From Isurus oxyrinchus (taxonomy: Eukaryota): a stretch of DNA of 64,000 bases. Shown in pieces: positions 1 to 10,747 of the stretch. Position 1 is the stretch's first letter, and each line of letters begins with the position of its first letter. The DNA lies in NCBI GenBank assembly GCA_026770705.1, contig JANJGN010000009.1, positions 16,430,001 to 16,494,000 of the forward strand, written 5' to 3'. The position numbers and the translations under genes were made by a program. The notes beneath the pieces are model-generated. The model was not told the origin of the DNA, ran no database searches, and saw only the letters and a program-made list of their open reading frames with translations.

Positions 1-298
1 TCCACGTGGCTGAGGACTCTGGTATTTGGTATGTAGCCCACACAAATTCACGCTTACAATGAAATCTGCCACATGACCTGTGATAGAGCAGGTATTTGGC
101 ATGCTGAAACATTGTTTTTGCTACCTGGACCATTCTGGAAGATGCCTATGGTACCCAGCAGAGTGGGTGTCAAGATGTGTCATGGTCTGTTGCATGCTGC
201 CATCTTCGCCATCAGTAGCGAACAGCCCTTACTACCAGCAACATCACACCATTTGTAGCTTTCACTTTATGGCATGGAGCAGAATGAGAGTGAGGTGA
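1..298 (+). pseudogene. Harbinger/PIF transposase C-terminal remnant
   Basis: IEQVFGMLKHCFCYLDHSG..LWYP..VSRCVMVCCML resembles the Harbinger DDE C-terminus (VEQTIGMLKMRFRCLD..GG.LQYS..VSRIIVACCALHN) at ~11570 and ~53990. Confidence 0.75.
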
Positions 299-369
299 GA
301 CTTCAGAAGGGCAAAAGGCAGGAACAATCATCCTGAATGTTCCCAGTGATACTGGATGCAACAGGCTCC

Positions 370-1060
370 ATTACAGCCGGCCCAATGATGGGAAGCACCA
401 TGTCCTCCGCAGCACTAAGGTGACACAGGTGTGTCTGTTCCTCTCCGGTTCTGCTCCTCCTGCTATGGGCCACCTTGACCTGCGAGAGTGAGGGAAGTGT
501 CGGTGATTATGTTGTAATGTGTTTGGGTGATGTGCCTGCCATGGATGGACAACTGGAGGAATGTGAACACAGTGAGAGTCTGGCAGCATTGGCATGTGTG
601 TGATGGCGAGGTGGGGCTGGTGAATGTTAGGCCTGAGTCCTGTTTGCTGGTGGGTGAGTGATGAGGGTGTGGGCAAGATGTTGGTAGAGCAGTGGATAGA
701 AGATATCTTATGAAGATAAGTCCACTGGCATTGGCTACCCATGTGAGGCTGCTGAACTTTTGTGGCACTGCTGCCAGGACCTTGGGGCCAGACTTCAGGA
801 ATTGACCTCTCTGTCCAAGTCCTCCCGTTCACTTCTCAGAGTTTGCCTTGAGGTCCTCCAGGCCACATTACTTCTCTCTTCCTTTGCAGCTCTGTACAAA
901 TGCTTCATGCACTGCATTGGAAAACCTGGGAGCCTCCTCTCCGGTTCTCCTGCTCCATTTGGTGGAATGTTCCTTGTAGCCACTTCCTCCACAGACAGCT
1001 GCAGCTTCTGTATGATGAGAATGACCTTTAAAAGGGGCAGGCTACCTTTAAGACTTATAG
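370..1060 (-). pseudogene. Harbinger Myb/SANT-like second gene remnant, convergent with the transposase
   Basis: Frameshifted 'ERRLP(R)F..' start and 'WTE...VNASG...W' fragments. Same convergent layout as the 52291-56790 element. Confidence 0.45.
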
Positions 1061-1344
1061 GTTAGCTAAAACCCATGCTCGTCACGCATGCAGCTTTTTC
1101 AGTGTGCGTCCAGTCAGCAGCACAGTCAGCGCTGGGTTGCACGCCGCAATCAATGAAATGAGGAGGCAAGGCAAAGTTTCCATCTGCCTGCTTCAACAGA
1201 ACAAAGCACAGACTTGTGATTTGTGATTACCCCCTGCCTAAAAATGGGAGTGTTTGACTTTTTTCACCAGTTGGTCCGCTCTACGCTGTTTTGGTGGAGC
1301 TGTAACGCCATTTACTTCAAATGTACAAATGCTAAAATACTGTA

Positions 1345-1815
1345 GGAGAATAATCGTAGAGCTATTTATGATGCAGAAGGCCATTCAGCCCCTCAAGTTT
1401 ATGCTGGCTCTCTAGAGCAAACCAGTCAGTCCTATTCCCTCACTCTATCCCCATAGCCCTGCAAGTTTATTCCCTTCCACTTTCAAAATCCCTTCCTTTC
1501 AAAATCATTGATCGTCTGCACTTCCACCGCCCTCATAGGCAGTGAATTCCAAGTCATTACTATTCACTGCGTAAAAGAATTATTCTTCTCATTCACTTCC
1601 ACTCCTCTGCCCCTGCACATCTCTTCCCCAAAACCTTAAATCTGTGTCTCCTAGTCCGTGTACCATCAGCTAATGGGAACAGGTTTTCTTTGTCCATCTT
1701 TCCAGACCTGTCATAATCCTGCATACCTCTATCAATCTCTCCTCGATCTTCTTTTGTTCCAAGGAGAACAATCCCAGCTTCTCCAAACTAAAATCGCCTG
1801 TCCCTGCAACTGTTC
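1345..1815 (-). mobile_element. CR1-type LINE 3' fragment
   Basis: Reverse complement resembles the CR1 3' ends at ~4250-4620 and 46816-47203. Confidence 0.6.
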
Positions 1816-1818
1816 AGA

Positions 1819-3250
1819 TGTAATGAGTCCACTATCAACTTTAGAGGTTTTAAAGATTAAATTAAAACATGTATTAACAGAAGACCAAACAAACACACAC
1901 AAGGGGCAGAATTTAGCCCTTGGTGGGCGTGCAGGCCCCACCGGCTCAGCGGCGGGCGGACAGCTGACCCCCGCCACTGAAACGGGGCCTGCCGCCATTT
2001 TGAGTGGGCGGGCCAATTAAGGCCCACCCGGCGGCCTGCCCGACAGGTAGAGCTATGCACCTCCTGTGCGGGGGTGGGGACGGTGTCCGCAGCTGTCAAT
2101 GAGCGCTGAGCCAAATTGTCGTCTCAGGGAGATTACTGACAGGTTAAAAAAAACACCAAAAATAGAAAAAATGAGACATGTGACTAAGAAACACATTAAC
2201 TTTATGAAACTTTTAAAAAACGGACATGAAACCTCATCCCGCCAGTATTATCAGAAGCCCACTGGGGCTCCTGGCCTGCCCGCTAGCCTTAAGGTTAGAC
2301 GGGGAGGTCATTAACAATCTTAATTATCCTTGTCAATGGCTTAAATTGGCCATTGACAGGTTGGCGGGCGGACAGCTGATTTCGCTGTCCACCCGCCTTC
2401 CTGAAAATTTACAGGGACCGGAATGATATCGGGGGTTCCTCCCAATGTCATCCCGCATCATTTTCCCGTCGGTGAGTGGGCCCTGCCCCCAAATCGCCGA
2501 CGGGAAAATCCTGGCCAAGGTTACAGTTCCACAGTTCTGGCAGTTCCTAAAATTGCTATCGATCCACATCCCCTTTAAGAAACAGTGCAAATAGGTTCCA
2601 AATTTATAAAGTCATCCAGCAGTTTTACCACAAGCACCCACTGGACAATGGAGTTCCAAAGGCTTTTGACATAACTTTGGTTACTGGAACAGCAAAGCCC
2701 TGCAGGGCGGCCAGAGGCTTTCCCCCACTGGTCTGGTTCACACAGTCACCTTTCAAGATCTCACACGGCCACCCCTCACACAGCCTTCTTTAAATATATT
2801 TCTCCATTTTTGATCGGTAAATCCCATTGTTTCAATTTGTCTTTAGAAGTTGCTTTTCCCAGAATATAACAATCTTGCATATTATTATGGCCACAATTTT
2901 TGGGAAAAATCAACCTAATGACCTTGCCTTATTTATCTTTCCAGTTATAAACATTTCCCATGTCCCTTCGAAAATCAAGCACCTCTCCCACTTACCTAAA
3001 AATGCAAATTTCATTCGCATCATCTCTGCTGAGACTTCACCCTAGCTTTACTCATTTCCATTTCAAAAGCCTGTTTTACACTTCACTTCTTTGATAATTT
3101 AAGCCTTGCAGTCTAATCATCTCTAGTTAAATTAAATTAGCCACACACAGAGAACCATACACACATGCACACACCTGCACACAAACACGCATAAGCCTGC
3201 TTTAAATTTTTCCACAATAATATTAGGCAAAATATGATAGCTCCTTGATA
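1819..3250 (-). mobile_element. Probable solo LTR interrupted by a Harbinger MITE
   Basis: Starts TGTAAT, is non-coding and AC-rich like the LTR at 28238-30074. Right end and TSD not resolved. Confidence 0.35.
1904..2516. mobile_element. Harbinger-family MITE
   Basis: Terminal inverted repeats GGGCAGAATTT...AAAATCCTGGCC flanked by 3-bp TSD AAG (1901-1903, 2517-2519). Confidence 0.85.
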
Positions 3251-3545
3251 TCCAACCTTTACAAAAGTCTTCCTGCAGGCTGGACTTTCATTCTGGGGAT
3301 GGGGGCCAGGCTGGATTGGGCATCAGGCCCACCATCTCGAACAAGTGCGGAGGCTGCAGGGTGGGGAGGTGCGCTGAGCAGAAGGCTTGTCCCCGCACTT
3401 TGACACCCTGTTGAAATAAATTAACAAAAATAAATTATCCCTCCAGTCCTCACCCCACCCCGCATGCCCACATACTCCCTTTGCCCCATTCATGCCAACC
3501 TATGCAGCCTTATGAACTCCACACACCACCCCCCCCTTGGCACAT

Positions 3546-3746
3546 AAACAAAAAATGCTGGAAAATCTCAGCAGGTCTGACAGCATCTGTGGAGAGAAAG
3601 ACAGAGTTAATATTTCGAGTCCGTATGACTCTTCTTCAGAGCTCTTTCTCTTTCTCTCCACAGATGCTGTCAGACCTGCTGAGGTTTTCCAGCGTTTTTT
3701 GTTTTTGTTTCAGATTTGCATGCAGCTTCTGCAGTATTTGCTTTTG
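3546..3746. mobile_element. Penelope-derived fold-back mini-element with HHR motif on - strand (3605-3643)
   Basis: Two inverted copies of the end module. The - strand reads CTGAAGA-A-GAGTC-ATACG-GACTC-GAAA (canonical HHR core). No TSD seen. Confidence 0.75.
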
Positions 3747-3824
3747 CCCGTATCCATGGCCCCTCATACCCACTATGCCAACCAATGCTCTCTACCCACA
3801 CGCCCGGGGCCCCCGTGGAGCATA

Positions 3825-4625
3825 AATCGGGAAAATACCATATTGCCTATTTTGGCACGAAAAATAAAAAGGAAGCATCTTATCTCAATGGTGAGAGATC
3901 GCAGAGCTCCAAGATTCAGAGGGATCTGGGTGTCTCATGCATGAATTTCAAAAGGTGGCAAGGTGGTACAGCAAATAATTAGGATAGCTAATAGAATCTT
4001 ATTGTTTATTGTGAGGGGAATTGAATACAAAAGTAGGAAGGTTATGCTCCAGTTATACAGGGCCACGTCTGGAATACTGTGTACCGTATGGGTCTACTTA
4101 TTTAAAGAAGGATGTAAATGCATTGGAAGCAATTAAGAAATTACTAGACTAATACCTGGGAGGGGTGGGTTGTCTTATGAGGAAAGGCTGGACAGACTAG
4201 CATGTATCCACTGGAGTTTAGAAGACTAAGAGCTGAAGTAAGAGATGACTTGATTGAAACATATATACCTGAGTGGTGTTGACAGGGTGGATGTGGAAAG
4301 GGTGTTTCCTCTTATGGAAGAATCTAGAACTCTGGGTCATTGTTTAAAAATAAGGCGAAGCCCATTTAAGACAGAGATGTGGAGAACTTTTCTCTTTCAG
4401 AGGGTCAGGAGTCTTTGGAACTCTCTTCCTCAAAAGGCGGTGGAAGCATTTGATCATTTTTAAGGCAAAGGCAGATGGATTCTTGATAAGGGGGTGAAAG
4501 GTTATTGGGGGCAGGCAGGAATGTGGAGCTGAGGTTACAATCAGATCAGCCATGATCTTATTGAAGGGCTGAGCCGAGTGGCCTACTCCTGCTCCTAATT
4601 CATATGTTTATATGTACGTATATTC
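3825..4625 (+). mobile_element. CR1-type LINE 3' part (RT C-terminus and 3' UTR)
   Basis: SGVDRVDVERVFPLMEESRTLGHCLKIR..FKTEMWR..FQRVRSLWNSLPQKAVEA. Ends in a TATG-like tail. Confidence 0.85.
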
Positions 4626-5439
4626 ATATGTGCCACTAATAGCCCCTATGCCAACTTAGTGCCAACTCATGCCAACCCATGTGCTCTTACCCCTCTATGC
4701 CAAATCACCTAGTATCATTTGACAGCTATGACAGTTCTTTGACAGCTGGACAGTTCTTTGAAGCTGAATAGGTCCAACAAATGTGTGCATAAACAGTGGA
4801 TGTTCACTTTTAACAATCACAAAGGTTGCCTTACCTATCCAAAGCTGTATGGGAACCATATCCAAAGGGGTACCCTATCTCTCCAAAGGGATGCCCTGGT
4901 CATCCAAATGAACCTGCCAAGTTCAGACCTCCACTTACCTCATCTAATATACACACTCTGGATTTAACACTCCTGGCCTACCAAAATCCCACTTAAGTGA
5001 AGGCAGCTGGTGATTTAAATGGCCAGCTGCCTCCACAAACTGAACATACGTGCACCCCGCCTGACTCCACTCCTGCCCCAACAAAAATGGAATGTGCCAT
5101 TTTCGGAGGTGGGCTTAGAATTTTCGGCCATTTCTGGGATTTTTGCCATAAGAGAGAGCCTCTCCGTCGTGGTGAAAATCTGGGCCTTTGTATTCAACAC
5201 CTCTATTTATGAAGCCCAAGACGTCAGAAGCATTGCTAACTACTTTCTCAGTGAGTTCTACACCTTCAAAGATCTATGCACATGCACCCCTAGGTTGCTT
5301 TGCTCCTGCACACTCTTTAGAACTGTGCCAGGATGTCTGTATTGCCTCTATCACTTCTGCCAAAATGCCTCACTTTTTAAAGGATAGGATTAAAAAATAA
5401 TATAAATGTAAATTCTATAGTCTAACCTTTAGACAGAGT

Positions 5440-6025
5440 CGACAGTGACACTCATCTCTTGAATCTGAAAGTCATGGGTTCAAGACCCACTACAGCTCTT
5501 GAGCACATTATTTGGCTGACATTTCGGTTGAGTGCTGAGGGGCTACTGCATTGTTACAGATGTTCAATCTTTGATAAAGTGTTACACTAAGACCTAGTCT
5601 ACCTATTCTATTGGCTATGACAGATCCCGTGGCACTCTTCAAGGAGAGGAAGGGGCATCCTAACTAACATTACCTCTAATTTTTCTGTTGTGCATGTTAT
5701 TCATTTAAGTGCATGGTATCTTAAAACTTCTGCGCGGCCAAACACGCTCAGTATCTTAAAGGGAACGACTTGAGCATGGGCTGCATGGTAACTTGTGAGT
5801 TGGTGCAATTGCACGCCGCTTAGAGGGAACATTGATTCTGACTAACATTTGTCCCTGAACCAACTTCACCAAAATAGATCAACTGATCATTACTATTTGT
5901 GAGACCTTATATGCACAATTTGTCAATTGCATTTACATACACTACAACAGTGGTTGCATTTCAAAAGTAATTTGTCTGTTATGAAGTGTCTTGGCGTGTC
6001 ATGAAAATTGCTACATAAAAAAAAT
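5440..6025 (+). mobile_element. tRNA-derived Deu-domain SINE (SacSINE1/AmnSINE1-like), interrupted by a small hAT-like MITE
   Basis: B-box-like GGGTTCAAGACCC, body homologous to 39780-40395 and 44615-44910, L2-like 3' tail. Family name is from recalled consensus, not a search. Confidence 0.65.
5665..5834. mobile_element. hAT-like MITE
   Basis: Right TIR TTAGAGGGAACATTG, degenerate left TIR TAACATTACCTCTAA, imperfect 8-bp TSD ATCCTAAC/ATTCTGAC. Confidence 0.55.
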
Positions 6026-6650
6026 TCTCCAATGCCAGTGGCTTCATGGTCATTTCTTTTCGATTCTGTTCTATTTCTGCCTTAAAGATACATTACATGA
6101 AAAAAACATTCTGACATTAGAATACAGAAGCCTAAAGAGTTTGTCTGAAAGTCCCCTTTGCAGAGATGCGACTCCACTTATTTCCAATAAAAGTGCAAAC
6201 TTCTTTCTAAGCAAAACCTCCTTATGTGTTAGTGACCTCCAATGAGATCTTTGAGAAGGCTTCTGTAGTTAAGGTGTAACATTTAAGGTTATCACAAGAA
6301 GACATTTTTCACCAACAATTCAGATGCACATTGCTTAAAAGCCTCAATGATTCAGAGCTTCAAACTTACTAATGGAAGGGGTGCCGTTCTGAACAGCAGG
6401 TCTGTTCTGGTGTCTACAGTTGAAAGCATTAAATGGATTGTTTGTAAGCAATATAATTCACATGAAAAGCACTGCGGAGATAATGTATTGTGACAAAAAG
6501 CTGCAGACAAAGGGAGTCATTTCGATAAAGCCATATTCCAAGATGTGTTGAATACTTACAGCAATTGCACAGCTACACAGTGAGATGGCGAGAGAACCTC
6601 TGTGCACTAACCCTCTTCGCCCCAGCAAAACAGTAAACACTATTAAACTG

Positions 6651-6765
6651 GAAACACTCAGCAGATCTGGCAGCATTGGCGGAGAAGAAAAGAGTTGACG
6701 TTTCGCGTCCTCATGACCCTTCCACAGAAGTTTTGGATTTCCAGCATCCGCAGTTTTTTGTTTTT
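6651..6765. mobile_element. 115-bp Penelope-derived mini-element with internal inversion and HHR motif on - strand (6693-6730)
   Basis: Perfect 15-bp TSD AACACTATTAAACTG (6636-6650, 6766-6780). First part is the reverse complement of ~10710-10790; second part is the terminal tail in + orientation. Confidence 0.9.
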
Positions 6766-7029
6766 AACACTATTAAACTGTTTCCAGCTTCATCACACAT
6801 TACACCCAGAGGGGAATCGTTCTCTCAGGGTTTTGCAAAATAAAATGTAAATAAGCAATTGTTTTGTCTTAAAACACTGACTCACCAATATGTATACTCA
6901 GCATGGAGGTATTCAAAACCTGTGCTTAACATATTTGTGTAACATGGTGTTTTAACAGAGATTTTATTCCATCAAAGATAAATGGGTTTATACCTGTGAT
7001 AAAATAGGAGGAATACCATTATAAGGTAT

Positions 7030-7845
7030 TTTGTGTTCTCTTGCCATTCACTCCATCTCTTTCCCTGGCAATAGTCGGAAACTAAGCCAGTCTTGTTTGT
7101 AACCTTAATATCACATTTGACCCTAAGATGAGCTTCTAACCTCATATTCATGTAATCAAAAGGACTGCCTATTTCCAGTTCTGCATGATTGTACAACTTT
7201 GCCCTGTCTCAGCTCATCTGCTGCTGATACCCTCATTCATGCCTTCGCTACCTCTAGACTTAACTATTCCAACAAACACCTGGCTGGGCTCCCACTTTCT
7301 ACCTAATTAGTAAACTTATGGTTATTCAAAACTCTGCTGGCTCTGTCTTAACTCATACCAAGTCCTGATCCTTTATCACCCCTGTGCTTGCTGACCTACA
7401 TTGTCTCCTGGTCAAGTAGCATCTTGATTTTAAAATTCTCATCCTGGTTTTCAAGTCCATCCATGGCCTTGTCGCTCCCTATCTCTGTAACTTCCTCCAG
7501 CCCCTACAATCCTCCCTATCTCTGTAATCTCCTCCACCTCTACAATCTTCTGAGATATCTGCACTCCTCTAATTCGGGCCTCTTGTTCACCCCCAATTTT
7601 AATCACTCCACCGTTGATGACTGCACATTCAGTTGTCTCAGCCCAAGCTCTGGAATACCCTCCCTATACCTTTCTGCCTCTCTAACTCACTTTCGACCTT
7701 TAAGACACTCCTTTGACAAAGCTCTTGGTCACCTGTCCTAATATCTCCTTATGTGACTCAGTATCATATTGAATTTTATAATGTTCCTGTGGAGTTTTTT
7801 GGGATGTTTTATTACACTAAAGGCACTATATAAATATAAGTTCTT
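7030..7845 (+). mobile_element. L2-type LINE 3' fragment
   Basis: Degraded RT C-terminus (NL.I.FDP.MSF.PHI; LIHAF.TSRL.YSN..L.GL) and L2-like tail AAAGGCACTATATAAAT. Confidence 0.75.
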
Positions 7846-8238
7846 GTCTTTGTCTGCTAGACTTAGCAAAGGGCTTGTAGCTTTTAAATTCAATGAAGTA
7901 AAAACAATGCATTTTTCTGAAATTCCACTTTGCACTATCTTTTGCAGAAGTGTTATGGTATTTACCTGAAAGGTATTAACACTTCCATTCATGTAAATTA
8001 ATTTTAGAACTATGTGAATAACATTTTTACTCTCATGATGGACCTTCAAGGCAATGGGCACTAAATTTTATAAGCACGCAAGTCCTGACTTATATGGTCC
8101 AGATCTTATATAGACATTTGAGAAAGGCAGCACGGGTATCATCAGCCAAGTCCTCCGCAGGTAGCCCTTCTCCCCAAGGAGCCAACCCTGCAGCCTCTTG
8201 TGGATTCAGGAAGACATCAGGGATCTGAATGAATTTCA

Positions 8239-10347
8239 ATGAACCTCAATGAATTTCGGGCTCGGCATGATACTGAACTCTTCTTCCGCCGTCTTCGTCT
8301 CCGGGCTCACTTCTTTGGGCAGGAGTCCTCTCCCAGTTCAACGGATCCTTTTACCCGCCTCCAATATTCTCCCTCCACCTGGACCCCTCCCTCTGGATTC
8401 TTACCTTCTCTCGATCTTTTCATTGAGAACTGTCGGCGCGACATTAGTCGTCTCAATTTCTCTGCTCCTCTCACCCATTCTAACCTGTCTCTCTCTGAAC
8501 TTACTGCACTCCATTCTCTCAGGTCCAACCCTGACATTGTCATCAAACCCGCTGACAAGGGTGGTGCTGTTGTTGTCTGGCGCACTGATTTCTACCTCGC
8601 GGAGGCTGAGCGTCAACTCGCAGACACTTCCTCCTACCTCTCCCTGGAACATGACCCCACCACTGAACATCAAGCCATTGTTTCCAGGACTGTCACTGAC
8701 CTCATCTCCTCTGGGGATCTCCCTCCCACAGCTTCCAACCTGATAGTCGCCCAACCTCGGGCGGCCAGCTTCTATCTCCTACCCAAAATCCACAAACAGA
8801 ACTGCCCCGGTAGACCGATCGTCTCAGCTTGCTCCTGCCCCACAGAACTCATTTCTCGTTATCTTGACTCCCTTCTCTCTCCCCTTGTCCAGTTCCTTCC
8901 CACCTATATCCATGATTCCTCTGACACCTTACGTCACATCAACAATTTCCAGTTCCCTGGCCCCAACCGCTTCCTCTTCACCATGGACGTCCAATCCCTC
9001 TACACCTCCATCCCCCACCAGGATGGTCTGAGGGCCCTTAGCTTCTTCCTCGAACAGAGGCCCGAACAATCCCCATCCACCACTACTCTCCTCCGTCTGG
9101 CTGAACTTGTTCTCACGCTGAACAATTTCTCCTTCAACTCCTCTCACTTCCTCCAAATAAAAGGTGTGGCTATGGGTACCCGCATGGGCCCCAGCTATGC
9201 CTGTCTCTTTATGGGGTATGTAGAACATTCCTTGTTGCAGTCCTACTCCGGCCCCCTTCCACAACTCTTTCTCCGGTACATCGATAATTACTTCGGTGCC
9301 GCTTCATGCTCTCGTCGGGACTTGGAAAAATTTATTAATTTTGCTTCCAATCTTCACCCCTCCATTATTTTCACGTGGTCCATCTCTGACACTTCCCTTC
9401 CCTTCCTTGACCTCTCTGTCTCAATCTCTGGTGATAGACTGTCCACCAATATCCATTACAAACCCACCGACTCCCACAGCTATCTCGACTACAGCTCCTC
9501 ACACCCCGCTTCCTGTAAGGACTCCATCCCATTCTCTCAGTTCCTTCGGCTCCATCGCATCTGTTCCGATGATGCTACCTTCAAAAACAGTTCCTCTGAC
9601 ATGTCCTCCTTCTTCCTTAACCGAGGTTTTCCACCCACGGTCGTTGACAGGGCCCTCAACCGTGTCCGGCCCATCTCCCGCGCATCCGCCCTCATGCCTT
9701 CTCCTCCCTCCCAGAAACATGATAGGGTCCCCCTTGTCCTCACTTATCACCCCACCAGCCTCCGCATTCAAAGGATCATCCTCCGCCATTTCTGCCAACT
9801 CCAGCATGATGCCACCACCAAACACATCTTCCCTTCACCCCCCTTATCGGCATTCCGTAGGGATCGCTCCCTCTGGGACGCCCTGGTCCACTCCTCCATC
9901 ACCCCCTACTCCTCAACCCCCTCCTATGGCACCACCCCATGCCCATGCAAAAGATGCAACACCTGCCCCTTCACTTCCTCTCTCCTCACCGTCCAAGGAC
10001 CCAAACATTCCTTTCAAGTGAAGCAGCATTTCACTTGCATTTCCCCCAACTTAGTCTACTGCATTCGTTGCTCCCAATGTGGTCTCCTCTACATTGGAGA
10101 GACCAAACATAAACTGGGCAACCGCTTTGCAGAACACCTGCGGTCTGTCCGCAAGAATGACCCAAACCTCCCTGTCGCTTGCCATTTTAACACTCCACCC
10201 TGCTCTCTTGCCCACATGTCTGTCCTTGGCTTGCTGCATTGTTCCAGTGAAGCCCAACGCAAACTGGAGGAACAACACCTCATCTTCCGACTAGGCACTT
10301 TACAGCCTTCTGGACTGAATATTGAATTCAACAACTTTAGGTCGTGA
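8239..10347 (+). CDS. Penelope-like reverse transcriptase with Zn-finger linker and GIY-YIG endonuclease (702 aa, N-truncated, YIDD changed to YIDN)
   Basis: Motifs IVIKPADKGGAVVV, FYLLPKIHK..PGRPIVS, TMDVQSLYTSIP, QIKGVAMGTRMGPSYA, RYIDN, LPFLDL, YKPTDSHSYL..SSHP, CPCKRCNTC, NLVYCIRC..CGLLYIGET....RFAEH, P.GLN. No stops or frameshifts. Confidence 0.92.
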   Translation: MNLNEFRARHDTELFFRRLRLRAHFFGQESSPSSTDPFTRLQYSPSTWTPPSGFLPSLDLFIENCRRDISRLNFSAPLTHSNLSLSELTALHSLRSNPDIVIKPADKGGAVVVWRTDFYLAEAERQLADTSSYLSLEHDPTTEHQAIVSRTVTDLISSGDLPPTASNLIVAQPRAASFYLLPKIHKQNCPGRPIVSACSCPTELISRYLDSLLSPLVQFLPTYIHDSSDTLRHINNFQFPGPNRFLFTMDVQSLYTSIPHQDGLRALSFFLEQRPEQSPSTTTLLRLAELVLTLNNFSFNSSHFLQIKGVAMGTRMGPSYACLFMGYVEHSLLQSYSGPLPQLFLRYIDNYFGAASCSRRDLEKFINFASNLHPSIIFTWSISDTSLPFLDLSVSISGDRLSTNIHYKPTDSHSYLDYSSSHPASCKDSIPFSQFLRLHRICSDDATFKNSSSDMSSFFLNRGFPPTVVDRALNRVRPISRASALMPSPPSQKHDRVPLVLTYHPTSLRIQRIILRHFCQLQHDATTKHIFPSPPLSAFRRDRSLWDALVHSSITPYSSTPSYGTTPCPCKRCNTCPFTSSLLTVQGPKHSFQVKQHFTCISPNLVYCIRCSQCGLLYIGETKHKLGNRFAEHLRSVRKNDPNLPVACHFNTPPCSLAHMSVLGLLHCSSEAQRKLEEQHLIFRLGTLQPSGLNIEFNNFRS

Positions 10348-10708
10348 GCTCCCTCCCCCATCCCCACCCCCTTTCTGTTTCCCCGTTCCTTTTTTTTCCA
10401 ATACATTATAAAGATTTTCCTTTTCCCACCTATTTCCATTATATAAAAAAAAACACCCCCTCTAGAGCTATACCTTGAGTACCCTACCATCCATTCTTAA
10501 TTAGCACATTCGTTTAGATAATATCACCAACTTTAACTTTAACACCTATGTGTTCTATTGTACCATTGTTGTTGACATCTTTTGATGATCTGCTTCTATC
10601 ACTGCTTGATTGTCCATACAACCACCTCTCTCTCTCTCTATCTCTCTGCCCCCCACACACACACCTTAAACCAGCTTATATTTCAACTCTTTCTTGGACT
10701 CGAACTCA

Positions 10709-10747
10709 AGTTCTGTCGAAGGGTCATGAGGACTCGAAACGTCAACT
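10709..10747 (+). ncRNA. Minimal type-I hammerhead ribozyme motif (A6U core variant)
   Basis: AGTT-CTGTCGA-A-GGGTC-ATGAG-GACTC-GAAAC-GTC-AACT: stem I AGTT/AACT, stem II GGGTC/GACTC, GAAA, predicted cleavage after GTC (10743). Minimal HHRs are known from Penelope-like element termini. Confidence 0.7.

Noticed and set aside
8057-8072. Left TIR of the inverted Harbinger (GGGCACTAAATTTT)
   Set aside because: Weak match, and the flank does not clearly reproduce the right-hand TSD.
8249-10490. Overlapping alternative and antisense ORFs in the Penelope
   Set aside because: Shadows of a C/T-biased coding strand with no recognisable motifs.
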